Assembly: GCF_006345805.1 (NCBI RefSeq)
Contig: NC_043001.1
Span: 18,042,001-18,106,000 of the forward strand
DNA length: 64,000 nucleotides
Source of the DNA: Octopus sinensis
Taxonomy: Eukaryota
Reading direction: 5' to 3'
Notes under the pieces: model-generated
The model's database searches: none
Told to the model about the DNA's origin: nothing
Seen by the model: only the letters and a program-made list of their open reading frames with translations
Part shown: positions 51,468 to 64,000 of the stretch, piece by piece
Layout: the number at the start of each line of letters is the position of its first letter
Position numbering within the stretch: position 1 is the stretch's first letter
Program-made: the position numbers and the translations under genes

Positions 51468-52514
51468 ACACTTGCCCAAGGTGTCACGCAGTGGGAGTGA
51501 ACCTGGAACCATGTAGTTGGTAAGCAAGCTACTTACCACACTGCCACTCCTTTAAACTGGTATTTAGAAGAGAAATTAACATAAAATTTTGACAACCTTT
51601 TGCACCCAGATGACTTTAAAACAAAAAGAGTTTTTATCAAAGAACCAAGTGCAACCTCAAGTGGGTTGATTTTCAAAGGGTTTGATTGTTGTAATCTCAA
51701 GTAGAAAACTCAAAAAGGGAGTGTACAGATGTGTGTGCATGATTTCTGGGGGGCGGGGAGTGCATGCAAGTAATGGGGAAATGGTGAACAAGTAAGACAT
51801 TAAACTGATACTAATAAAGGTGGACCTAGACACACATGTCAATAGCAACTCACGGCGAGCAGGCAGAAATGGTAGCACGCTGGGTGAAATGCATAGCCGT
51901 ATTTCGTCTGCCGTTACATTCTGAGTTCAAATTCTGCCAAGGTCGACTTTGTCTTTCATCCTTTCGGGGTCGATTAAATAAGTACCAGTTACGCACTGGG
52001 GTCGATATAATCGACTTAATCCGTTTGTCTGTCCTTGTTTGTCCTCTCTGTGTTTAGCCCCTTGTAGGTAGTAAAGAAATAGGTATTTCGTCTGTTTTTA
52101 AGGGCAGTGAGCTTGGCAGAAACGTTAGCACGCCGGGCGAAATGCGTAGCCGTATTTCGTCTGCCGTTACGTTCTGAGTTCAAATTCCACCGAGGTCGAC
52201 TTTGCCTTTCATCATTTCAAGGTCGATAAATTCAGCACCAGTTACGCACTAGGGTCGATATAATCCACTTAGTCCGTTGATCTGTCCTTGTTTGTCCCCT
52301 CTGTGTTTAGCCCCTTGTGGGTAGTAAAGAAATAGGTTCTTAGGTAACAAGCAGTGGCCTTTGATAAAACACTTCACTACTGTCAACATCATCAACAGTG
52401 TCATCGTCATTGTCATCATCATCATCATCATCATCAGCTGCAGTAGCAGCAGTTTTTTACATCCATTTTTTTCATGCTAGTATGGGTTAGATGAAACTTT
52501 ATTGAGGTAGATTT

Positions 52515-52903
52515 ACTTACTTACTTGTGACGGCATTCACCCAGGGCGGGTCGAGCCAGCTTCTTTTCTGGTCCTGATGGATTCATAGAAGTTTTGTGGG
52601 AATATTGAATTCACAAGCGGTCCTCGACATACCGCATGCATATTCCGAGTGACGGGACGCCCTGTTTGCCGTGGAATCTCCACAGACGCAGGGACAGAAC
52701 GACCTCGAAGCCGCCGGTTGCCAATCAGATGCCTCTTGGAATTTTCACCAGAGCCCCATTGGCCAGGCTGTGGCCCTAATACTGCTCGGTGCCAGACCAA
52801 TTCGCCTTGGGTGGCCCTACCAGGAACTGAAGTTCCCGACGGCATAGCTCTGACACTGCCCGTTTACACCACCTTACCGCTTTGAGAAGGGGTTGGACTT
52901 TAG
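52515..52903 (-). mobile_element. 389 bp retroposon with (TAAG)n tail, RTE-like
   Basis: 9 bp TSD GGTAGATTT (52506-52514, 52904-52912); 3' tail GTAAGTAAGT. Confidence 0.75.
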
Positions 52904-54229
52904 GGTAGATTTCACAAGCCCTTATATTTCAAATTTTTATATCCTTGTATTGGATATATGAAAATACGGAACTATATACACAACACACTGCTATTAATAT
53001 TACACAAGACTCAACAATCTATATCAAAGGCTGACAGTGACTGCTACCAATATGAACTGCTAATTTCACACAGTTCTTTGTTGTACAGCAATGAGTCAGT
53101 CCACCTTTTAGTTACTTGTGGGGTGGTCAGAATCCTCCCACAACACAAAAAAGTACTTTTTCATTCCATGTAGATTATCATCATCCAGTTTGTAACATAA
53201 GGCAATAAAGTCTTCCCCTGGTGATCTGTTGTAGTTGAGCATTTGATTGCACTTAGGACATCCAATGCAGAGTTTCAAACAACCACAATGGTGAAACATA
53301 TCATCATCATCATCATCATCATCATCATTTAACGTCCGCTTTCCATGCTAGCATGGGTTGGACGTTCAACTGGGGTCTGGGAAGCCAGAAGGCTGCACCA
53401 GGCCCAGTCTGATCTGGCAATGTTTCTACGGCTGGATGCCCTTCCTGATGCCAACCACTCCATGACTGTAGTGGGTGCTTTTTATATGCCACAAGCACGG
53501 AGACCAGACAAAGCTGGCAACGGCTACGATAGGATGGTGCTATTTATGTGCCACCGGCACGGGGACCAGGCGAGGCTGGCAACGGCCACGAACGGATGGT
53601 GCTTTTTACATGCCACCGGCATGAGGCCAGTCGGGGCGGCGCTGGCAACGGCCACATTCGGATGGTTCAACGGCCACGAACAGATGGTGCTTTTTACGTG
53701 CCACCAGCACGAGGCCAGTCGGGGCGGCGAAGGCAACGGCCATGTTCGGCTGGTTCTCTTATGTGCCACCGGCACTGGTAACTCAGCTGCAATTTCCATT
53801 GATCGATTAGTAGAGAACAAATTATATGAACTTGTATTTATCATAATTTCTCATACATGTACCATATTATAATGTGTATAAGGAACCCTAGTGTATAAGG
53901 AACCACTAATTTTGGGGTTTGAAGGTGCGTGGCTTAGTGGTTAGGGCATTCGGCTCACGATCGTAAGGTCGGGAGTTCAATTCTCAGTGACACATTGTGT
54001 CCTTGAGCAAGACACTTTATTTCATGTTGCTCCAGTCCACTCAGCTGGCAAAAATGAGTGGTACCTGTATTCAGAAAGAGCTGAGTGAAGGAAGTGTTTA
54101 TGGGATGGGTGTAAAACTTCTGAAGAGGATTGCCTTGAGTACAAAAGCCTAAGGCACTGGCTTTGGTTGGTTGTCATTGGAATTTTAAAGAGAACATAAA
54201 ATATTGAAGGTGTGAAATGGGTGGCCATA

Positions 54230-54550
54230 TACTCCTTTCCAAGGCTGTGTATGTCAGTCATCTGCAGTCCCATTAGAGATCACCTGTATGCAACACCCTT
54301 CCTCCAAGACCAAGTAATTTGTTGTGTGAAGTGTATGAAAGAGGTGTAAGTCAATTTTAGGTCTGGAGAGACATATGGCACTTCACAGGGGTCACTTCTC
54401 ACAGAGTGATCTGGTCAATCCAGTGACAGTTACAACTTCCACCTTTCACCTATGCTTCACACCATGCAGATCTGCAGCAGGATTGAATAGTCATTGGAGA
54501 GGTCACAGATAGAATGTCAGATATGCCATTGACAACAAGGAAGATTAGAG
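54230..54550 (+). mobile_element. Decayed RTE 3' fragment (tentative)
   Basis: ...CFTPCRSAAGLNSHWRGHR* resembles the RTE C-terminal C..C.S.AGL.SH.R.H knuckle. Confidence 0.35.
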
Positions 54551-54676
54551 AGACAGCAATCATCAGTGAAGATGGAGTGATCAGTATGTGTGTATGAAAT
54601 ATATATACAGGATGTGAGAAGTGTTTGAGAATGTATTAGGTAATTTGAAAAAGCAGCTTGAATCTAGCAAAAACTA

Positions 54677-54964
54677 TTGTTTGTTCCTTCTCGAGCCATG
54701 CCTGGCTCATAGGGCCAGTTTCCCAGTTTCTGTGGCATATAGGTTCCCCACCTGGATGGGATGCCAGTCCATCACAGGTGAGCTGCAAGATGCAGGAGGA
54801 AAGAGTGAGAGAAAGTTGTGGCGAAGGAGTCAGCAGAAGTTCGCCATTACTTTCTGCTGGAGCCGCGTGCAGCTTAGGTGTTTCGCTCATAAACACACAT
54901 TGCTCCAGTCTGAGATTCGAACCCGCAAGTCCACTGCTCTAACCACTAGGCCATGTGCCTCCAC
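54677..54964 (-). mobile_element. SINE family D
   Basis: 11 bp TSD AGCAAAAACTA (54666-54676, 54965-54975). Confidence 0.9.
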
Positions 54965-55029
54965 AGCAAAAACTAACTGTAGTTTAATCAAAATTAGTGC
55001 ATGTGTTTCTAATAAACTTTCTTATAAGA

Positions 55030-55752
55030 TTATTCCAAGAATCCACCTTCATGTCTGATACTGTTTTAATGCAGGATCAGAACCATTGATATGCCTACAC
55101 ACTAAACGGTACTTGTTCATTCCAGACATCATCTTGACAATGGCAGCCTTCAGTGATGCTCTGGTATGGTGAGAATACTGATTCCAACAATGCTCCAAAA
55201 GTTGTCCATGGGATGGTGTCCATTGTCCTGGTAGGGTTGAAGGCCAGAAATTTATGTAGGCTTTGTGAGAAGGTGAAGAATCTTGTTGAAATACATTTGG
55301 CCTTCTACTGTGTACTTCATCTATCCAAGGCTTAACAATTGCCTTTAACACCGCAGCATGTCCAAAAACATTAATTCTAAGATCCAACCTTCATTACTCA
55401 CCACTCCTAAAACCATTATGGTTGCTGGAAACTTACAGTGTATCAATCTGGAGATATCAGAAAGATCCACATGTAACCAACTGTCATTTCTCCTAGTAGA
55501 CTTTTGGTCTTGGCTGGAGTTTTTTCTCTTTGGAGAACCAAAGGATACCATGTTCATTAGAGTTTATAACCATGTTTAGTAAAGTAACCACTTGATACAG
55601 ATCACATGGTTTTCCCTGTCTTTACAGACATGAATTGGCCTCTGCTTAGAACATAAGACTTTCAGCAAATGCTCTCATGCACCACAGTTTTGACAGGCCA
55701 ATCCAACACCCAAAGTTCTTCAGTGATGGCCCTCATTGATTTTCCAGGATCC
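55030..55752 (-). pseudogene. Tc1/mariner (maT-like) transposase relic
   Basis: DPGKSMRAI...KSYVLSRGQFMS; DQKSTRRNDSWL...KFPATIMVLGVVSNEG; VKPWI...RPNVFQQDSSPSHKA...SLKAAI. Frameshifted. Confidence 0.85.
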
Positions 55753-55946
55753 CCATCATCATCCACTCTCCATGCTGGCATGGGTTAGACAGTTTGACTA
55801 GAGCTGATAAGTCAGAGAACTGCACCAGGTTCCAGTCTGATTTGGCATGGTTGACCTTCCTAATGCCAACCACTCCAGGAGTGTAGTGGGTGCTTTTAAG
55901 TGCCACCTTCACAGGTGCCGTTTACATGTTAGATGCACACTCACAT

Positions 55947-55978
<32 letters not shown>

Positions 55979-56619
55979 ATGTCTATCCCAACAAATAATG
56001 TAAGTTCATGGCTGTTTCCTGCACCAGTTTCGTATTGCCCCAGCCCATCCAAAGTACCTTGGATAAAAGAACAACCTGATGTGCTTACCTTGGATCATAG
56101 GGTGACCTGCTGTGCTTGAGGAGACCTATTGAGTCAAGTACATCAACATCAAAATAAATATCAAATGGAAATTGAGGTTGTGATATCTGTGCCGGTGGCA
56201 CGTAAAAAACACCAACCGAACATGGCCAATGCCAGCACCTGCCGGTGGCACGTAAAAAGCACAATCTGAATGTAGCTGACGCCAGCGCCACCTAGTCTGG
56301 CTTCTGTGGCGGTGGCATGCAGAAAGCACCAACCGATTGTAGCCGCTGCCATCCTCCTCTGGCACCTGTGCTGGTGGCACATAAAAAGCACCCACTACAC
56401 TCACAGAGTGGTTGGCATTAGGAAGGGCATCAAGCTGTAGAAACACTGCCAGATCAGATTGGAGCCTGGTGCAGCCTCCTGGCTTCCCACTAGTCGAACC
56501 GTCCAACCCATGCTAGCATGGAAAACGGACGTTAAATGAACCTATATGGAAGACAAGGAATCATTTTGTATTGCTTTATGATGTAACATCATTTTATATA
56601 ACTTTTATCTGTATATGTA

Positions 56620-56995
56620 GGTACAGAAGTGGCTGTGTGGTAAGTAGCTTGCTTACCAACCACATAGTTCTGGGTTCAGTCCCACTTTCTAGCAAGTGTC
56701 TTCTACTTTAGCCTCAGGCTGACCAAAGCCTTGTGAGTGAGTTTGGTAGATGGCAACTGAAAGAAGCCTATCATGCGTGTGTGGTGTCTATGTTTGTGTT
56801 TGTCCCCCCACCATAGCTCGACAACCGATGTTGGTTTGTTTACGTCCCCATAACTTGGCAGTTCGGCAAAAAAAGTCCCAATAGAATAAGTAGCAGGCTT
56901 TTAAAAATAAGTACTGAGGTCGATTTGTTCGCCCAAAATCCAACGTGATGGTGCCCCAGCATGGCCGCAACCTAATGACTGAAACAAGTATGACA
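56620..56995 (+). mobile_element. SINE family B (another at 57745-58065 plus)
   Basis: Head and tail match. Confidence 0.82.
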
Positions 56996-58329
56996 AAAGG
57001 TATAACACTTACATCTTTTTTTTTTTTATTTTATTGTTGTCTTCCAGGTTTTCATTTTCGGTTCTTTCACATTTTTCTCCCTTTTTCTTTTGTGCAGCTT
57101 AAAATAGTACACAACACAGCCTTCATTGCAGGGTCTGTTCAACAGACAGAGCTGGAAGTTAAAGTGGTCAGAAAACAGCAATAAAAAATACCTATTTCTT
57201 TACTACCCACAAGGGGCTACACACAGAGGGGACAAACAAGGACAGACAAACTGATTAAGTCGAGTACATCGACCCCTGTGCGTAACTGGTACTTAATTTA
57301 GCGACCCCGAAAGGATGAAAGGCAAAGTCGACCTCGGCGGAATTTGAACTCAGAACGTAACGGCAGACGAAATACCTATTTCTTTATTACCCACAAGGGG
57401 CTAAACACAGAGAGGACAAACAAGGACAAACAAACGGATTAAGTCGATTGTATCGACCCCAATGCGTAACTGGTACTTAATTTATCGACCCCGAAAGGAT
57501 GAAAGGCAAAGTCGACCTCGGCGGAATTCGAACTCAGAACGTAACGGCAGACGAAATACGTCTACGCATTTCGCCCGGCGTGCTAACGTTTCATTGAGCC
57601 AACAAGGGATCCACAACTTGACCCCTAGATCTCCCTCAAATTAGAGAAGGACACACTGGATAGTGTCCTCCTTGATGCACAGTGTCGGAAAGGACGCGAG
57701 GTGGTTTTTTTTGCTGTAGTGGTGGAAAAAATTTGATCATGTAAGTACAGGCGTGGCCGTATGGTGAGAAGACGGAGAAATTTGCTTCACATGGTTTCGG
57801 GTTCAATCCCACGGCATGTGAAGGGATTTGGTAGATGGAAACTGAAAGAAGCCCGTTTTTTGTGTGTGTGTGTGTGTGTGTGGCTGACCCCCCCTACCAC
57901 CGCTTGAAAACCGGTGTTGGTTTGTTTATCCCCGTCACTTAGCAATTCGGCAAAAAGAACCCGATAGAGTAAGTAGCAAGCTTTAAAAAAAAATAAGTAC
58001 TGAGTCGATTCATTCAGCTCTTCAAGGCGGTGCCCCAGCATGGCCGCAGTCCAATGCCTGACAGAGATAGAAGAAGCTAAAAGAAAATAAACAACAACAA
58101 AAGTAGCGTGAACAGGAAGTTGGGTATTTCGGAAATAAGACCGGAAGAGATATCAAAAACGAGGCTTGGCAATTCTCTTTATTCTCTCACAAATAATTGC
58201 CCGCCCCACCTCTGTTCCCCCTCCTCCCCTTATTCATTCAATAGTTTCTTTCCTTCTTTTTTTTCTATCCGTCTTACCTCCTTCTTTTCTTCAAAAAGAA
58301 GAAGGAAAGAAATAAGTGAATCAAATAAA

Positions 58330-59465
58330 GTAGGATAAAAGAAGGAGAACGGATAGATAGATAGAAGAAAAAAGGAAATAAATAAGTGAATCAATTAAAA
58401 AGGGGGAGAGGAGGAGGGTCGGTAAGATGGCTGGAAGAAAGAAGGAAAAAGGGAAGGAAAGAGATTCAATAAAAGAGAAAAAGAGGAGAAAAGGGAGGTA
58501 AGATGGAGAGAAGAAAGAAGGAAAAAAGGAAGGAATGAGATTCAATAAAAGAGAAAAAGAGGAAGGAGAAAAGGGAGGTAAGATGGAGAGAAGAAAGAAG
58601 GAAAAAGGAAAGGAATGAGATTCAATAAGAGAGAAAAAGAGGAAGGAGAAAAGGGAGATAAGATGGAGAGAAGAAAGAAGGAAAAAATGAAAGAAATGAG
58701 ATTCAATAAAAGAGGGAAAAGAAGAGAAAAGGGAAATAAAATGGAGAGAAGAAAGAAGGAAAAAGGGAAGGAATGAGATTCAATAAAAGAGAAAAAGAGG
58801 AGAAAAAAGGGAGGTAAGATGGAGAGAAGAAGGAAAAAGAAAAAAAGGAAATTAATAAAAGGCGGGGAAAGAGACGAAGGTCTTATTCCTTTCCTTCTTT
58901 CTTCTGCTATCCATCTTACCTCCCTTTTCCTTCTCCTACTGTTCCTCCTTTTATTAAATCACGTATTTCTTTTCCTCTTCTTCCTTCTATCCACCCTACC
59001 TCTCTTTCTCTTTTCTTTTCTTCCTACTCCTCTTTACTTTCTTCTTCCTTCTATCCATCCTACCTCTCTCTTTTCTTTTCCTCCTATTCTTCTTTAATTT
59101 CTTCTTCTTCCTTCTCTCCTACCTCTCTCTCTTTTCTTTTCCTCCTACTCCCTCTTTACTTTCTTCTTCTTCCTTCTATCCACCCCACTTCTCTCTCTCT
59201 TCTTTTCCTCCAACTCCTACTCCGTCTTTACTTTCTTCTTTTTCCTTCTATCCACCCCACCTCTCTCCCTTCTTTTCCTCCAACTCCTACTCCCTCTTTA
59301 CTTTCTTCTTCTTCCTTCTATCCACCCCACTTCTCTCTCTCTTCTTTTCCTCCAACTCCTACTCCGTCTTTACTTTCTTCTTCTTCTTCTTCCTTCTCTC
59401 CATCCCACACCTCTCTCTTTTCTTTTCCTCCTACTCCCACTCCTCTCTGCTTTCTTCTTTCCTTC
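58330..59465. repeat. Purine/pyrimidine ~60-80 bp minisatellite that flips strand at ~58875
   Basis: GAGATTCAATAAAAGAGAAAAAGAGGAGAAAAGGGAGGTAAGATGGAGAG units, then reverse-complement-related CT-rich units. Confidence 0.85.
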
Positions 59466-61671
59466 CTTGTCTCCGTACCCTGGCTCGACCGCCATTACGA
59501 TCTAACACCTAACTTCTTGTACCAGGCCACCAAAAACATTTATATACACACATATATACATACAATATATATATATCCATAGATAGATAGATATACATAT
59601 TTATCCTTCTATCTATATATATACCTCCACACGTCTTCACACACACACGATCGTCTCACTTTCTGTATATATAAATATTTATGGACGGATCCTTTTTTAT
59701 TTTTGGGTTTGTTTGTCATCACACACATTCTACATCTTACATTCTCCAAGAAAATCGGAAAAACAGGATTTTTCTTCTTCCCCAGTTTCTTCTTTTTCTT
59801 TCTTTCACCTCTTTCCTAATTTTATTTTTGTTTCCCATTTTACTTTTGGCTCCTCAAAGAACCTACTGTGACAGCAATCACCATCATCATCACTATCACT
59901 ATCATCATCATCATTATTATCAATATTATTATTATTATTATTATTATTCCAGTTTCTCTTCATCACATATTGATTAGATAAAACCGTTCACATCTTTAGC
60001 CAGAGTCACACGGCACCAAGCTATTGATGTGACGTACTAAAATCAAACTCTACCATCACCTTCCATAAAACCACAATCATCATAATAATAATAATAATCA
60101 TTTCTGCTTTTTTAAGTTCTTTGTAGTCAGGCTGTTTGGCCATAGGACACCCTAGTACTTATTCCTCTCTTTCTTTTTTACAGTTTCATTGTCAACGTGC
60201 ACGCATACCGTTATATGTTGATTACAGTTCGGTCCATACATGCATATATTTTTATACATATATGTTATATAAATTGTATATATATATGTGTTAAAATAAT
60301 GATGAAACATTATAATGCCATGCTAATTTTTATTCATTAAACAAGCCATTTAATTTAATTATATATATAGATACATTATATATATATACATATATACACG
60401 CACATGCACACATATACGTTATACACCTACACCTCATATATTGCTTTGTTTTTGTCTTGTAACTAACTTATTGATTTAAAACAAATCTTTGTATACAATT
60501 GCTCAATGACAAACAAACAAACCATTTAAAATACAAGAAACCAAAGAAAAAGAACTTAAATATTCGCTACAATTCTTGGAACAATTTCTAATGTTGTATG
60601 GAGTGGAAACCTAGTTAGAGAAAAAGAAAAAAAAACAAAAAACAAGGCATAAATGGCAAGCAGTGGTCAATTATATGTGATTCCAACAACAAAAGAATTA
60701 ACTTTATCCTGGCAATGGTTACAAGAAATTTGATTTAAGCAGATCCATGCTTTGATTCGAACCCCCTACATCTGGCTGATCAGTTGGTAATCGTATAACC
60801 TACAGTAATTAATTTCTCTCTTGTCTCTCTCTCTCTCTGTGTCTGCATCTTTCTAACTTAATTTTTATAAATCTCCGGACACATTGCTTCCTTTATACAC
60901 CGTTCATACAAACACACACACATATATATACAATATATACACACGTACATGTATATAATGTTACTCGTGCAAACATTTCTCTCTTGCTTTTCAATCTATG
61001 CATATTAATAATGTTCTTAAATGTGTGCGTGTAAATTTCATGTGCAGATGGCCAGAAAACCTTCCAGAGATGATACTTAATCCATTTCCTATATTTCCTA
61101 AATAACCCACCGCACAATAATGGGAAAAGTGTGTGAGTGAATGAGAAGAAGACTTATTTTTTTATTAAAAGCCGCGCTTTTAAAAAATTATACACTGGAA
61201 ACAAACAATCAACATCTGTATACAAATGTTTGTATTTACATACACTCACGCTTTCGTACTATTATAATCACTGAAAATTTTTTTTTAAATTGTTTTTTTC
61301 CTACATACTTTTGTTTATTAATCGTTTTATATTTATATTTATACACTGTTTACCTAAAACAAAATATATATACATATATATATATATACCTCCTCCCTTT
61401 CTCCCTCAAAGAAAAAAAAAACAAAAAAAACTTGCTTAATGGAGTACCTGTTATGGAACCAATTTATAAACAAAAGATTTCAGTGCTTCTGTAACTGAGA
61501 TCGCGAAAGGAAAGAAAAACTAAATCAGATTGCTGTTTAAATGTGTGTCTCTATGTATAATTGATACATATATATTATTATATTGCTAGTAGGCCAAAAG
61601 AGATTTTGTTTTTTTACAAGGACGATACGTGGAAAGGACTACCTAAAAACTACCAGAACGGCTGATCAACA

Positions 61672-63337
61672 ATGTCAGGTCGCGGTTCTTGGAACAAACG
61701 GTCGACTGTCGGAGTGTTCGACTTCAATGAGGATCGCAAAAAGCGTTATAAACACAAGCGGTCGCAATTTTACATGCACAAGACTGCACATTTCGCCACA
61801 ACTGGGCCACCATCGTCGGCGGCCATGGTTTCATCCTCATCGCCCCCAGTTACCTCTCTGACATCTCCATCATCTGCCGGATCATTACCATCGACGATGT
61901 TACCGTCAGCAGTAGCTGACAGAAGTAATAATAATAATAATAATAACAGCAACAACAACAGCAAGAGTAATAATATTAATAACAGTAATAGTAACGTAGC
62001 TTCTCATCCCGTGCTCCCCCCGAACTCATCGCTTTGTGCTACTTCCATTATTTCGCCTACTTCCACTACCTCCACTCCTATTTCTTCTCTTTCCTCGACA
62101 TCCCAGCCATCGAGCAATTTGCTCTCTCGGCCATTACTGTCTGCTGTCCAGAAATCAGCAACAAGCAGTAACAATGTGAATAGCGGATCTAATCTGCACC
62201 ACCATCACCACCACCGCCAGCAACAGCAGCATCTACAGATTCACCGCCAGCAACAGCAGCAACAACAGCAGCAGCATCATCAGCATCATCAACAACAACC
62301 ACATCATCGTCACCTCTCCTCTTCGGTGAACAATACTGGATTGCTCGCAGACAACAACAACACTACAAATAATAATAACAACAACATAAATAATTCTACT
62401 ACTACTACTATTACCAACAACAACATCAGCGGCGGCAGCAGCAGTTCTGCAGCTGGCAACCTTAACTGCCGACGATTACCCACTAACAACAGTATGAATG
62501 TGACCAGTTCAGCCAGCACTTCGTTGACCACTGGTGTGGCGAACATGGGCCTCGGCAACAACAGCCCCACAAACAATAGCAACAGTAGTATGGCGGGCAA
62601 CAAAGGTATGATGATGATGTCCCCTTGCAACATGGGGACGTCTCCTTCGAGTGTTTCCTTCCACCATCCGTTAGGTTTGAGGAACGACGTGTTAGCTTCA
62701 CGCCTGCACAGTCTCTGCTCGATCAAGTCCTCAAATTCGCCGGTTCCGTCGTCGACCTCGTCGGTTTCTATGATGCCGTTGCCCCCAAACAGCAACCTTC
62801 CTTGTCCGAACGTTGCCAACCCACATGCCATGACCACAACTACTGCTCTGGCTAACACCACCTCTTCCACCGGTATCATCAGCAGTGGTACTGGTAGTAG
62901 TAGTGTTAGTAGTAATAATAATAACAACAACAACAGTAATAACAACAACAATAATAATAATCACAGCCATGGCACAGGGATCTCTTCGTTAAACAACCTG
63001 AAAACTTGCCTTCCAGATGGCAACTCGACCATCATGAGCAACAACAGCAATACAACTACTAATAGCAGCAACAACAACAGTAATATTCATAGTAATAATA
63101 GCCAGATGGGCTTCAGTACAAACGCGGCAGCTATTGGTAGCAATACTAGTAACAATACTAGTAGTAACTTACTGACTGCTACTTCCGGCTCTGGACCTGT
63201 TCAAACGATTGAGTCTGGCAAAACTGCCAAGAACACTCGACGCCATCACATGGCTACTGATCGAATATACGAGTTTGAATCCAGTCCCCCGACGAGCGAT
63301 GTTACTGAAACCCCTGCCCAGGCGGCTGTTGTGATCG
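61672..63337 (+). CDS. First coding exon of an unidentified gene; N/Q/H/S-rich disordered N-terminus with a basic NLS-like patch
   Basis: 555-codon stop-free frame with mixed codon use. Acceptor TTTTTTTACAAG at 61620, in-frame TGA before AACAATG, donor G|GTAAGT at 63337/63338 (phase 1). No SINEs inside. Confidence 0.8.
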
Positions 63338-63569
63338 GTAAGTCCTTGTATTGATTTCTTTCTGTTTTTTTTTTTTTTTTTTTTTTTTCTTTCGAAAAAA
63401 AGATAAATTTTTTTTTTGTTATTCGTTTCACTTTGTTATTTTCTTTTTTTTTTTTCTTTTTTACATGAATCGCTTTTAAAGTACAAATAACTGTTTCTGA
63501 TTTCTGCACAAGGCCGGCGATTTTGATGAGACAGGGAGGAGGAGGGTTCGTTCGTCAGTCGATATCATC

Positions 63570-63960
63570 GATCTGAGTAACTGACTGACTGTTTAAATAG
63601 CTGATCTTATTAACTCCGGAGAGATAAAAGCGAAGTTGACTTCGGTGAGATTTGAACTGAGAATGCAAAGAGCCGGAATACTTACTGCAAGATATTTTGT
63701 TCTACGCGCCGACGATTCAGCCTTGACCTTAAATATGAGAGGGTTACAAACCATTGTATCGATCTTAGTACTTGATTAGTGCTTTATTTCATCGGCCCAG
63801 GAAAGGCAAAGGGCAACATTGACCTCGGGCGTGATGCGAACTCCGAACTTGAAGGGCCGTAACTAATATACTGCCTGTTCTAACGACTGTGCTATTCCAA
63901 TTTCTTTGACACTAGCCTAGAAATTTGGGGGGGAAAAAGAACAGAGGTCAATTAAATCGA
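63570..63960 (-). mobile_element. Old family A-related SINE remnants in the intron
   Basis: Degenerate GGCAAAG..GACCTCGG..GAACT segments. Confidence 0.55.
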
Positions 63961-64000
63961 TCTCAGACCGTTCTTATTTTCCCAATCAGATATGGAGTGG

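Noticed and set aside
52765-52850. Twister- or HDV-like ribozyme in the 389 bp retroposon
   Set aside because: Partial string similarity only; required pairings could not be completed by hand.
53108-53299. NRSPGEDF resembling the LINE RT KSPG.DG motif
   Set aside because: Single short motif without recognisable continuation.
61583-62970. Overlapping alternative-frame and antisense ORFs in the large exon
   Set aside because: Expected shadows of AAC/CAG/AGC-rich coding sequence; no independent signals.

Overview
AT-rich, microsatellite- and retroposon-saturated animal DNA. The SINE types and repeat landscape point to a coleoid cephalopod, most likely Octopus (inference). The left 7.3 kb holds a tRNA-Ala(TGC) cluster on a ~1.66 kb unit: two minus-strand and two plus-strand copies, three intact and one decayed. 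Each unit also carries an RTE LINE remnant and an invariant A-box/B-box mini-block. The middle is intergenic or intronic. It holds six recurring SINE-like families (A-F, my labels), CR1/RTE/HERO-like LINE fragments, a maT/Tc1-mariner transposase relic, two MITEs, two solo LTRs, a 5S rRNA pseudogene and a 4.1 kb (GGAT)n array with higher-order structure. The only convincing protein-coding sequence is a 1.7 kb exon at 61621-63337 (+) encoding a low-complexity N/Q/H/S-rich N-terminus; the gene is not identified. The most notable unexplained signal is a set of at least 11 minimal type I hammerhead-ribozyme motifs from about six unrelated families. Most have palindromic stem III, and several sit in inverted cassettes beside (TA)n tracts. 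Coordinates were counted by eye; SINE and LINE ends are approximate (about +/-10-20 bp) unless a target-site duplication (TSD) is given.
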